A DNA stretch of 64,000 bases from an uncultured Candidatus Binatia bacterium (GTDB lineage Bacteria > Desulfobacterota > Binatia > UBA9968 > JAJDTQ01): positions 2,848,001 to 2,912,000 of the forward strand of contig OZ243916.1 in assembly GCA_965213675.1 (NCBI GenBank). The letters are read 5' to 3'. This document shows, in pieces, positions 9,864 to 18,452 of this stretch. The translations under genes were made by a program, and so were the position numbers. Each line of letters begins with the position of its first letter. Within the stretch, counting starts at the first letter, position 1. Below the pieces are notes generated by a model, which saw nothing but the letters and a program-made list of their open reading frames with translations, had not been told where the DNA came from and did not search any database.

Positions 9864-9925
9864 CGGCTTGTGCTTCTCGCCCCACATGGCCTTACAAAAT
9901 AGAATTCAACTTCTAAACTACAAGT

Positions 9926-10160
9926 GTACTCGCTCGAAGGATATTCTCCGTTCTGCGTGCCCGGCTGGAGGACTATCCTGCCGTCGCCCTCGTCGGCCCC
10001 CGACAATGCGGTAAGACAACTCTGGCCCTCTCGCTGGGCGGCCGATACTTCGACCTCGAACAGGAGACCGACCGGCTTCGTCTGGATCTTGCTTGGGAGG
10101 ACGCCACTGCTGGACACGATCTCGTCGTTTTGGACGAGGCTCAGGCTTGGCCCGCTGTTG
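9926..10160 (+). pseudogene. 5' fragment of an AAA_14/DUF4143-type ATPase
   Basis: Manual frame from 9926: VLARRIFSVLRARLEDYPAVALVGPRQCGKTTLA...YFDLE...LVVLDEAQAWP (Walker A and B). Homology stops at the direct repeat; no proper start codon. Confidence 0.85.
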
Positions 10161-10622
10161 CAGCGAGTATTTGGAACGGGGTCCGCAGGTGGTGTGCGAC
10201 TTGGAGGGGATGCTGGCGTACATTGAAGGTTAGTTAGGGGCTTACGAACAAGTCATTCCCGGGGAACAGGCTATGTCAAAACGTCGCCCGAACAAGACTT
10301 CGCGCCAACCCCTCGATTCGTCATTCCCGCGGAAGCGGGAATCCATGGGTGGGGAGGCGGGGATCAGGTTGGCGGCAACCGGAAAACGTCGGTCTCGGAA
10401 TCAGCCGTCCACAACGTGCCCGTATCGATATCGAACCACCAGCCGTGCAGCGTAAGAGCGCCCTTTTCCACTCGATCCTGAATCCACGCGTAGGACCGGA
10501 GGTTTGCCAATGACCTGAGCACCGATCGCTGCTCGGCCGCAGTCGCCGTTTCCGCGTCCGTGCGCTCGCGCTCTGAGCCCTCCGCCAGCACCTCCCGGCA
10601 CGCTCCGTCCGCCAGCGCCACC
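10160..10622. repeat. 463-bp direct repeat, copy 1 (spacer + partial REP element + 3' end of carbonic anhydrase)
   Basis: Aligns with 14695-15157 at a constant offset of 4535 bp with few mismatches. Confidence 0.95.
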
Positions 10623-11029
10623 CAAGGCCCAAGGCACTCGAACGGCGGCGGTTCCTGCCCTCGCGCCGCATCCATCGCCGCCTTGATGCCCCCGCAGTGG
10701 GAATGACCGCATACTACGACGTGGGAGACCCCGAGCGCCTTGACGCCATACTCGACGGCCGCCATCACTGCGTACGCGGTCGCGTCGCCCGGACGCCGAG
10801 GGGGCACGAGGTTGGCGACGACGCGAACCACGAAGATGTCTCCGGGACGCGCACCGAAGATCAGAGCCGGGTCTACGCGCGAGTCGCTGCAGGCGATCAC
10901 CAAGACCGCAGGCTCCTGGCCTTGCGATAGCTGCGCCATGAGAGAGCGGCCGCCGCTGTATTCGGTCCGCCGGAACATACGGGCGCCGGCCAGCAGCGCG
11001 GACAAGCTGTCTTTACGACTGTCGTTCAC
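10364..11029 (-). CDS. Beta-class carbonic anhydrase
   Basis: IACSDSRV, VRVVANLVP, VCGHSHCGGI, LHGWWFDI. Confidence 0.95.
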   Translation of the reverse strand: MNDSRKDSLSALLAGARMFRRTEYSGGRSLMAQLSQGQEPAVLVIACSDSRVDPALIFGARPGDIFVVRVVANLVPPRRPGDATAYAVMAAVEYGVKALGVSHVVVCGHSHCGGIKAAMDAARGQEPPPFECLGPWVALADGACREVLAEGSERERTDAETATAAEQRSVLRSLANLRSYAWIQDRVEKGALTLHGWWFDIDTGTLWTADSETDVFRLPPT

Positions 11030-11170
11030 GGTCTTGCCCCTTTACGAGTTGCCGGCCTCGTACATGCAATGAGAGGTCTTTCGCAAACCGGCGCTGTTGT
11101 GACGATGCGATACGCGTCCGAGGCAGGGTGAACCCGGGGCGGTTCAGAACTTGATGCGCTGGATCGTTTC

Positions 11171-11233
11171 TCACTCGAACAGGTCCGCATGCGTCCCTGT
11201 CCTGACAAGCGTTACGGTTTCCTCCTTACGCAT
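11171..11233 (-). pseudogene. Internally deleted YafQ-family toxin remnant (20 codons)
   Basis: ATG overlapping the antitoxin 3' end gives MRKEETVTLVRTGTHADLFE*, matching the YafQ C-terminal RTGTHSDLF motif with the body missing. Confidence 0.8.
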
Positions 11234-11504
11234 CGTCCAGATCGTCGTCGTCCAGATCCGCCATCAGCTCTTTCACACTGTTGTAGCTCTCAAGCCCTTC
11301 CCCGGTACGGGCCTGACGGATGGCCTCGCGCGTCTCTGTATTGGGAATCCGGACGGCAAACGGCAAGCCCTTACATAGGGCGACCTGCTTGTAGAATAGC
11401 GTTATGGCCTCGGTTGCGGACAGGCCTAGCGTAGAAAACACCTTCTCCGCGTCTTGCTTCAGGTCAGGTTCCACACGGGCACGAATCATTTCAGTCTTGG
11501 CCAT
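11226..11504 (-). CDS. RelB/DinJ-family antitoxin
   Basis: MAKTEMIRARVEPDLKQDAEKVFSTLGLSATEAITLFYKQV...GLPF...PNTETREAI; RBS GGAGG. Confidence 0.92.
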   Translation of the reverse strand: MAKTEMIRARVEPDLKQDAEKVFSTLGLSATEAITLFYKQVALCKGLPFAVRIPNTETREAIRQARTGEGLESYNSVKELMADLDDDDLDDA

Positions 11505-11625
11505 CGCAGACCTCCATGATTTCATGTGTACCACATTCGAGGAACGTCACAACGGTTGACTTCTCAAGTACACACGAGCCTCAACTGATGCCCCCCATTG
11601 ACAGAGCGCACGTCGTCGTGGAGCC

Positions 11626-11940
11626 ATGGAAACAGACGACCTCGGATTGCGCCTTGTGGAACTCCGCGGCCGGAACCTTGAACTGGTCGAGCGACGGATC
11701 TTGAAACGGCAGTCGCAGGCCGGTATCAAGCTGGGTCAGATGCCGGTGGCCGAAAGACGCGACTATCCGCTCGACGAGGACTTGGTGTCGATGCTAGGGT
11801 TGCTTCCTCGTGCGCTCGCCCCGATGCGCAGCCAGGACAACTGCAGGCGGTTGCCACCGGTATTGGAGCCATGGGGCGCGCGGAAGCGGCGTGCTGGCTC
11901 GGCGGCGCCCTGCACCTCAAGCATCCGCAACGAGTCCTGA
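11626..11940 (+). CDS. Possible short hypothetical protein or gene remnant
   Basis: GGAG RBS before the ATG and a plausible first 60 codons; no recognisable family. Confidence 0.25.
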   Translation: METDDLGLRLVELRGRNLELVERRILKRQSQAGIKLGQMPVAERRDYPLDEDLVSMLGLLPRALAPMRSQDNCRRLPPVLEPWGARKRRAGSAAPCTSSIRNES

Positions 11941-12073
11941 CTGCGTTCCTGCTGACCGAGCCGCCGTCGCGCAGCAGATCGTGAACGTAGGCGCCGTGGT
12001 CGAGACGAGACATACAGGTCAGGACCCCGGTTCCACCCTGCACGGCCCGGCGTGATCGGACAGGAGGAGCGGT

Positions 12074-12766
12074 ATGCGAATTGAGCCAGAAGTCGATGGG
12101 GTAAGCATCGTCTTGGTGGGTAATTTCAACCCGGCCATTTTCACGCCAAGCTGGTTTGCATTGTACGACTTGTTGCCGAAGAGCGTTGCGGACAGCGCGG
12201 AACTGGGAATCGCTCACCCAGAGATCACGCAATTTCGCGCCGACTGGCTCACTTTTGAGGTCAGCAAGGACACGTTCAAAGCTGAAACCCTGCTGGCACC
12301 CCACATACGGGTGCGTGATCTTGTGGTTCGCGTTCTTAAGGAATACCTATATCATGCGCCCTTGAGGGCATTTGGAATCAATCGCAATGTCCATTTCCGG
12401 GTCCCGGATTTCAGCGCAAGGGACCGGATTGGCAGGACGCTGGCGCCGGTAAAGCCGTGGGGCGCTTGGGGTCAGCGCCTCGGTACAAGCGGTCATCAAG
12501 GGGGCATGATATCTCTAACCATGAGACAAGCAACCGTCGAAGGAAGGCCTGCCGATGATCAGATCAACGTGACGGTGCAACCGTCGAACCGCATCGTCGA
12601 AGCGCCTGGGGTGTATGTAGGCATCAATGATCATTACACAGCTAGTGAGGCGGATGGACCCGGAAGCGGCAGGCGGCTGATGGAGATTCTGGAACAAAAC
12701 TTCGACAACTCGGTTGCGAGCGGAGAAAAGATCATCGACCACATTATGTCATTGAGTGAGCATTAG
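12074..12766 (+). CDS. Divergent TIGR04255-like protein, gene 1 of cassette B
   Basis: SIVLVGNFNPAIFTPSWF...LRAFGINRNVHF...INVTVQPS...VYVGINDH pattern; strong RBS AGGAGGAG. Family link inferred from motif layout. Confidence 0.6.
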   Translation: MRIEPEVDGVSIVLVGNFNPAIFTPSWFALYDLLPKSVADSAELGIAHPEITQFRADWLTFEVSKDTFKAETLLAPHIRVRDLVVRVLKEYLYHAPLRAFGINRNVHFRVPDFSARDRIGRTLAPVKPWGAWGQRLGTSGHQGGMISLTMRQATVEGRPADDQINVTVQPSNRIVEAPGVYVGINDHYTASEADGPGSGRRLMEILEQNFDNSVASGEKIIDHIMSLSEH

Positions 12767-12777
12767 GAGGTTTGTTC

Positions 12778-13383
12778 ATGCTTCACGGGGGGCAAGCCGT
12801 AGCTGTGGACAGCACGGATGCGTTTGATGAAGACAGCGGACATAGGTCCGATATTTTGACGCAAGTATCGCTTCGCGTTGCATCAGCGGTGGCCGACGCT
12901 TGGTTGGCGCGGGGGAATTACATCAGCGGATCGTTCCGAACCAGCACACCGATGAAACCAGCGTCGGACGAAGACTACACCGGGCATCCGCAGACCGCCG
13001 ACGGAAACGCCCCGATCCAGGGTCTACCGCCTCGGGCGCGACGGGTGCAATCCGCCACGTTCCATGCGCTGCAGGAATGGGAAGGGTATGTTCTGGCTAT
13101 CGGCAAGCACGATCTTGAGGCACGCCTCATCGATATTACAGCGGGCGGGAAGTACGAGGGTGAGGAGGCAACTATCCCCCTCCTGGAGATATCGGCCCAT
13201 GATGCGGAAAAGCTCCGGGTCGGTGGCGTCTTCCGCTGGGTGATCGGATACGAACACACAATAGGAGGAAACAGAAGGCGAGTGTCCCAGATTGTCTTCC
13301 GAGATCTTCCTGCGGTCACGAAATCCGATCTGCGAGACTCTGAAGAATGGGCCCGCAATATGTTCCAGTCGCTCAATCCGTGA
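12778..13383 (+). CDS. Hypothetical protein with low-structure N-terminus and beta-rich (OB-like) C-terminus, gene 2 of cassette B
   Basis: RBS AGGAGG overlapping the upstream stop; LQEWEGYV...ARLIDIT...GVFRWVIGY...SQIVFR. Confidence 0.65.
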   Translation: MLHGGQAVAVDSTDAFDEDSGHRSDILTQVSLRVASAVADAWLARGNYISGSFRTSTPMKPASDEDYTGHPQTADGNAPIQGLPPRARRVQSATFHALQEWEGYVLAIGKHDLEARLIDITAGGKYEGEEATIPLLEISAHDAEKLRVGGVFRWVIGYEHTIGGNRRRVSQIVFRDLPAVTKSDLRDSEEWARNMFQSLNP

Positions 13384-14462
13384 CAGCGATCAACCTACCT
13401 CCGGCCAACGGTGAACTTGAAATCACCCTCTTCGGACCCGGCTATGGGGAAAGCATTGCTTTGCACATCGGCGACGGCTCTTGGGTTCTCATCGACTCCT
13501 GCATTGGCCCGGGCGGCGAACCGCGAGCGCTACAGTATCTGACGGACCTCGGTGTCGATCCGGCCCGTGACGTCGGCCTGATCGTCGCTACCCACTGGCA
13601 TGACGATCACATTCGGGGCATGGCCGAACTGGTGACGGCCTGCAGCAACGCCGTTTTCTGCTGCGCCGGCGTACTCTGCAAAAAAGAGTTTCTTGGTATG
13701 GTCGGAGCCCTGGAGCGTCGGGGTCTTCCCAGCACCGGTTCGGGCGTACGGGAACTCTACAAAGTCTTTAATAGACTCAAGGGACTCAAGGCAACAGCAA
13801 CTTTCGCCATCGCCAGCCGCATCATCCACGCCCAGGGCTCCTGCGAAATCCGGTCCCTCTCGCCACACGACAAGGAGTTTGTCAGCTTCTTGAGTGAGGT
13901 CAGCAGCCTGATTCCGGGCCAGGGCGAGACCAAGCGCCGAATTCCCAGCCTCACACCCAACAAAGTTTCTGTCGTGTTGTGGATCAATATCGGGGATGTC
14001 GCGCTACTGCTCGGTTCCGACATGGAGAAACCGGGTTGGGGCGACATCCTCCACAGCACGACCGGACCGACGGGGAAAGCGTCGGTGTTCAAAGTGCCGC
14101 ATCATGGGTCGGAGAATGCGGACGACCCAGGGGTGTGGCAAAACATGCTGGAAACCGAACCCTGGGCTGTAGTGGCGCCCTGGCGCCTGGGCGGGCGGAT
14201 TCTGCCGAACCCACACGACGTGCAACGCATCCTGTCCTTTACTGCAAACGCCTACTCTACGGTGTCAAGCAGGCAGCTTACCTCATCACCGACACGGAGA
14301 CACCGCATGGTCGACAAGACGATACGGGAATCCGGAATCCAACTTCGGTCCGTGCCGGTGTCGCACGACGCCGTCCGGCTGCGCAGGGTGGCGGGAAACC
14401 AGGCACAATGGCGGGTCGAGCTCTTCGGCTCGGCATGTGCGCTGAAGGATTTTGCTGCGTAA
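13380..14462 (+). CDS. Metallo-beta-lactamase-fold hydrolase (ComEC/Rec2-like nuclease domain), gene 3 of cassette B
   Basis: GYGESI, LIDS, THWHDDH, LLGSD, KVPHHGS; GTG start overlaps the upstream TGA (GTGA); no membrane segments. Confidence 0.85.
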   Translation: MTAINLPPANGELEITLFGPGYGESIALHIGDGSWVLIDSCIGPGGEPRALQYLTDLGVDPARDVGLIVATHWHDDHIRGMAELVTACSNAVFCCAGVLCKKEFLGMVGALERRGLPSTGSGVRELYKVFNRLKGLKATATFAIASRIIHAQGSCEIRSLSPHDKEFVSFLSEVSSLIPGQGETKRRIPSLTPNKVSVVLWINIGDVALLLGSDMEKPGWGDILHSTTGPTGKASVFKVPHHGSENADDPGVWQNMLETEPWAVVAPWRLGGRILPNPHDVQRILSFTANAYSTVSSRQLTSSPTRRHRMVDKTIRESGIQLRSVPVSHDAVRLRRVAGNQAQWRVELFGSACALKDFAA

Positions 14463-14539
14463 CGTGGCTCTGTCCGACAAGCAGTCCGATTCTCCAACAC
14501 CGTGCTCTTGCCTCTACACATCCGGTAGGTGACGGCGTA

Positions 14540-14661
14540 ATTCGCCGTTGCCCGGCTGAGTACTGTCTCCCGTGGTACCCGCCACTGCTCGTCATCGCGC
14601 CTTGCCGACGACAAAAAATCCTCCGCAGATTATGACGCGAATTAACCAGACACCACACTAG
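14540..14661. repeat. Partial relative of the MITE at 59604-59778
   Basis: Shared core gtggt(a/g)cccgccactgctcgtcatcgcgcc(t/g)tgccgac and an ACACTAG-type end. Confidence 0.7.
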
Positions 14662-14694
14662 TGGGCGCCCACCGGCGATTTCTCGTGTGTCAAA

Positions 14695-15157
14695 GCAGGG
14701 AGTACTTGGAACGGAGTCCGCAGGTGGTGTGCGACTTGGCGGGGATGTTGAAGTACATTGAAGGTTAGTGAGGGGCTTACGAACACGTCATTCCCGGGGA
14801 ACAGGCTGTGTCAAAACGTCGCCCGAACAAGACTTCGCGCCAACCCCTCGATTCGTCATTCCCGCGGAAGCGGGAATCCAGGGGTGGGGAGGCGGGGATC
14901 AGGTTGGCGGCAACCGGAAAACGCCGGTCTCGGAATCAGCCGTCCACAACGTGCCCGTATCGATATCGAACCACCAGCCGTGCAGCGTAAGAGCGCCCTT
15001 TTCCACTCGATCCTGAATCCACGCGTAGGACCGGAGGTTTGCCAATGACCTGAGCACCGATCGCTGCTCGGCCGCAGTCGCCGTTTCCGCGTCCGTGCGC
15101 TCGCGCTCTGAGCCCTCCGCCAGCACCTCCCGGCACGCTCCGTCCGCCAGCGCCACC
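14695..15157. repeat. 463-bp direct repeat, copy 2, carrying an orphan 3' fragment of carbonic anhydrase (14899-15157, minus strand)
   Basis: Aligns with 10160-10622; carbonic anhydrase similarity stops abruptly at 15157. Confidence 0.95.
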
Positions 15158-15334
15158 TCAATCGCACCGGGACCGGATCTGAAGTGGCACATGTCGGAGG
15201 TTGTCGAAGAACGGATCGCGGATAACCGGCCCTTGATCGAACTGCGAGGTAAGAAAGTCATGCTCCCGAACAAGAAGGACATGTTTCCGAGGAAAGACGC
15301 CTTGGAGTGGCGGCTGGAGCACCTTCTGAAATAG
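15158..15334 (+). pseudogene. 3' remnant of an HNH restriction-type endonuclease
   Basis: SIAPGPDLKWHMS...LIELRGKKVMLP...FPRKDALEWR resembles the tail that follows the HNH motif in putative restriction endonucleases; no 5' part. Confidence 0.55.
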
Positions 15335-15344
15335 GTGCGAGTTC

Positions 15345-16520
15345 TCACGCCCCCCTCAACACCTCCGCCATCTCCCTCACCCCAATCACCTCCACCTCCC
15401 GTGACAGCGGATAGCGTTCCGTTCCCGCGTACACGACGAACGCCTTCTCGGGCCGTACGTCTTCCAGCGCGTTGTAGAAGCCTCGGGTGGGGCGTGGGGC
15501 AAGGCTGTGCTTGATCTCGATGGCCCAGGGGGCGGTGCGGCCGGGGAGCTCCAGGACCAGGTCGATCTCGGCGCCGGCGGCGGTGCGGTAGAAGCTGGCG
15601 AGGGTCCGCCAGGGTGCCACGGCCAGGAGATTCTCGATCACGAAACCCTCCCAGCTCGCGCCCATCACGGGGTGACCGGTAAGGGTGAGCTCGTCCTGAA
15701 TGCCGAGGAGCCCGTGCACGAGGCCGCTGTCTCTGACGTACACCTTGGGCGACTTCACCAGCCGCTTGCGGGTGTTGGCGATGAAGGGCGGCAAACGCCG
15801 AACCAGCAGGAGATCGGTCATGAGATCGACGTACCGGGTGACCATGGGCGCGCTGATGGACAGGCTGGAGGCCAACGCCGAGGCGTTCAGCAGGGATCCC
15901 TGCCCGTGGGCGAGCATCCGCCACAGCCTCTCCAGCGTGGCGGCGGGAACCGGGTACGGCGAGAACTGCGGCATGTCCCGTTCCAGGTACGTGCTGATGA
16001 AGTTCAGACGGTACCCGAGGCTGTCTGCATCGTTGGCGGCGAGAAAGCTCTCGGGGAAGCCGCCGCATACCCACAATCTCCTGAGGGCCTCGTCGTCAGG
16101 CGCTGCTTCGAGAACGTCGAAGGGATGGAGCGCCACGTATTCGATGCGCCCCGCAAGGCTCTCGCTCGACTGCCGCAGCAGGTCCATGGATGCGGAGCCC
16201 AGGATCAGGAACCGGCCCGTGCGCCTGCCCGCCCGGCGGCCTTCGTCGATGAGGCCGCGCAACTCGCGGAACAACTCCGGGGCGCGGTGGACCTCGTCGA
16301 TGATCACCAGACGGTCGGCGTACCGCTCAAGGAAGAGCCTGGGCTCGGCCAGCCTGCCCCGATCCGTGCTTTTCTCAAGGTCAAGGTATACGTTATTGTC
16401 AACGTTGGCGATTTGCCGCGCCAGCGTGGTCTTGCCAACTTGACGCGGGCCGATGAGTGCCACGGCGGCCTGACGACCCAGAGCGACGCGGACGTCTTTG
16501 GCTGCACGGCGCGCGATCAT
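15345..16520 (-). CDS. AAA_14 + DUF4143 ATPase
   Basis: GPRQVGKTT, IIDEVH, LILGS, GGFPE, KSPKVYVRDSG, EIDL...AIEIK. Confidence 0.92.
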   Translation of the reverse strand: MIARRAAKDVRVALGRQAAVALIGPRQVGKTTLARQIANVDNNVYLDLEKSTDRGRLAEPRLFLERYADRLVIIDEVHRAPELFRELRGLIDEGRRAGRRTGRFLILGSASMDLLRQSSESLAGRIEYVALHPFDVLEAAPDDEALRRLWVCGGFPESFLAANDADSLGYRLNFISTYLERDMPQFSPYPVPAATLERLWRMLAHGQGSLLNASALASSLSISAPMVTRYVDLMTDLLLVRRLPPFIANTRKRLVKSPKVYVRDSGLVHGLLGIQDELTLTGHPVMGASWEGFVIENLLAVAPWRTLASFYRTAAGAEIDLVLELPGRTAPWAIEIKHSLAPRPTRGFYNALEDVRPEKAFVVYAGTERYPLSREVEVIGVREMAEVLRGA

Positions 16521-16522
16521 CC

Positions 16523-16555
16523 TTGCAAATTAAAATGATTTGTTTGGATTTGCAA
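16523..16555. promoter_or_regulatory. Inverted-repeat operator TTGCAAAT-N17-ATTTGCAA directly before the ATPase start
   Basis: Visible palindrome in an AT-rich patch abutting the ATG. Confidence 0.55.
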
Positions 16556-16598
16556 TATTATAAGCAGCGTCTACTCTGCAGTTGATGGTGACGTTTGG

Positions 16599-17072
16599 AT
16601 GTCTCCCTCTTGGATAGCAGCTCTGCGGCGCATCGCCGCCACGTTCGCCTCGAAAGGCCGCAACGTTCGCGGGACCGTAGACGACGACCCCCACGACGGC
16701 ACCCCACCCGACGACGACACCGTCGTCCTCCCCATCGAGGAGGTTTTAGGGGATGGTCACTACCCAAACGATAGCGACCATCTGCCCGACGAAGACACCG
16801 TCGTCCTCCCCATCGAGGACCACATCGACCTCCACCCGTTCGCGCCCCGGGACATCCCGAGCGTGGTGGAGGACTACGTCTGGCAGTGCCACGGGGAGGG
16901 GCTCCGGGAGGTGCGGATCATTCACGGGCGCGGCAAGGGGGTGCAGCGGCGCATCGTGCAGTCCGCGTTGGAGAAGAACCCGCTGGTGGAGTCCTGCCAC
17001 GATGCGCCGGCTGAGAGGGGCGGGTGGGGCGCGACGGTGGCGGTGATTCGTGCGAAGGAGCGCGGAGAGTAG
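16599..17072 (+). CDS. Smr/MutS2 domain protein (true start uncertain)
   Basis: IDLHPF...VRIIHGRGKGV...GGWGAT; duplicated DTVVLPIE segment near the N-terminus. Confidence 0.88.
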   Translation: MSPSWIAALRRIAATFASKGRNVRGTVDDDPHDGTPPDDDTVVLPIEEVLGDGHYPNDSDHLPDEDTVVLPIEDHIDLHPFAPRDIPSVVEDYVWQCHGEGLREVRIIHGRGKGVQRRIVQSALEKNPLVESCHDAPAERGGWGATVAVIRAKERGE

Positions 17073-17109
17073 GGGACTCCGGGATCGTGCTCGGCACGGC
17101 CGCGGTTCG

Positions 17110-18273
17110 TTACGTCACGATCGCGTCCGTCCAGAGTCGTTCGAGGAAGCGTTTCCAGGGCAATATCCAGATGCCCTCGCTGGTGCGGCGGGGGGCGTCT
17201 TCGTTGCACACAATTACCGCTTGGGACGGATGATGTTCCTCCATGTAGGCGCGCATGGCCCTGAGTTCTTCGGGGCGGACACGGGGGCTTCCCTTGACCT
17301 CGATGGCTATCTCGCCCGCACGGCCGAGGATGAAGTCGCACTCCAGCCCGGACTTGGTGCGCCAGAAGCGTACCGGGAAATCGTACTCGCGATAGGAACG
17401 ATAGGCGAGCAGCTCCATCAGCACGAGATGCTCCAGGGCGCGCCCGAAGTCGGCACCGTGCTCGCGTTCGATCCGGCGCCCGGTCACGTGGCCGGCCACG
17501 CCGACGTCGAACAGGTAGAATTTCGGGGCGCGCGTGATGACCGCGCGTGAGCGGCGCCGGCTGAACGGCTCGACGAACACACCCAGCAGCGTATCCACAA
17601 GTATCTGAAAATACTCCCGCACGGTCTTGGAGTCGACACCGCAGTCCCTGGCGACGTTGCTGTAGTTCAGAAGTTCTCCATGGGAGAACGACAAGGCTTC
17701 GAAAAACCTCGAGAAACCGGCCACGTTACGCGTCAGCCCTTCGTCGAACACCTCCTCCTTCAGATAGTCATCCACATAGCCCGCGAGCGCCCGCCGGTAT
17801 CCCGCCGCGTCGTAGTGCTGCGGGACCAGCCCCCGGTTGAGCGCCCTCAGGAGATCGAATTCCGGCACTTCCGGCCAGGTGAGCGGATGAAGTTCGAAAC
17901 GCCAGGCGCGGCCGCCCAGCAGATTGGCCCGGCCGCGTTTCAGCTTCCTGGCACTGGAACCGCACAAGAGGAAGCTCAACCCTTCGTTCTCGATCAGTCG
18001 ATGAACCTCGTCCAGAACGGCGGGCGCCTTCTGCACCTCGTCGACGATGATGGGGTCGGCCCGCGTCGCTCGATCGAATGCCGCCACGCGCTCGGACAAC
18101 GCCCAAGGCGCCCGCGTGAGTTCCAGCAGAAGCCGGGTATCGAGCAGGTCGAACCGGGCCGCGTTGGGGAAGGTCTCGCGAAGCAAGGTTGACTTGCCGG
18201 TCTTGCGCGGGCCCCACAAAAAGGCGGACTGCCCCCGCGGCAGGTCAAGGCGGAGGGTGCGGCGGTAGTGCAT
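17110..18273 (-). CDS. AAA_14 + DUF4143 ATPase
   Basis: GPRKTGKST, IVDEVQ, CGSSARKL, PKFYLFDVG, ECDF...IEVK. Confidence 0.92.
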   Translation of the reverse strand: MHYRRTLRLDLPRGQSAFLWGPRKTGKSTLLRETFPNAARFDLLDTRLLLELTRAPWALSERVAAFDRATRADPIIVDEVQKAPAVLDEVHRLIENEGLSFLLCGSSARKLKRGRANLLGGRAWRFELHPLTWPEVPEFDLLRALNRGLVPQHYDAAGYRRALAGYVDDYLKEEVFDEGLTRNVAGFSRFFEALSFSHGELLNYSNVARDCGVDSKTVREYFQILVDTLLGVFVEPFSRRRSRAVITRAPKFYLFDVGVAGHVTGRRIEREHGADFGRALEHLVLMELLAYRSYREYDFPVRFWRTKSGLECDFILGRAGEIAIEVKGSPRVRPEELRAMRAYMEEHHPSQAVIVCNEDAPRRTSEGIWILPWKRFLERLWTDAIVT

Positions 18274-18276
18274 ATT

Positions 18277-18325
18277 TTCGGATCTCACTCCGAAATAGTC
18301 GGGCTATTTCGGAATATACTCCGAA
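18277..18325. promoter_or_regulatory. Two TTCGGA-N6-TCCGAA palindromic boxes directly before the ATPase start
   Basis: ttcgga-tctcac-tccgaa and ttcgga-atatac-tccgaa. Confidence 0.6.
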
Positions 18326-18452
18326 GTGGCACGCCTTGACAAGGCGTTGGCGGAGGGCCGCGTGGGTTTCCGGGAAGGCCCTCCCGCCCCCGATCGGGGT
18401 CGAGGGCAAGCTTTCGCGGGAATGGTGGTTTCGTCCCGGGGCCTGGTGCCGC

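Noticed and set aside
14899-16074. 391-aa ORF ending in a carbonic anhydrase C-terminus
   Set aside because: Chance read-through from an alternative frame of the ATPase gene into the duplicated carbonic anhydrase fragment; not a real fusion.
7506-18273. Prophage or integrative element
   Set aside because: No integrase, transposase, phage structural or conjugation genes recognised; treated as a recombination hotspot instead.
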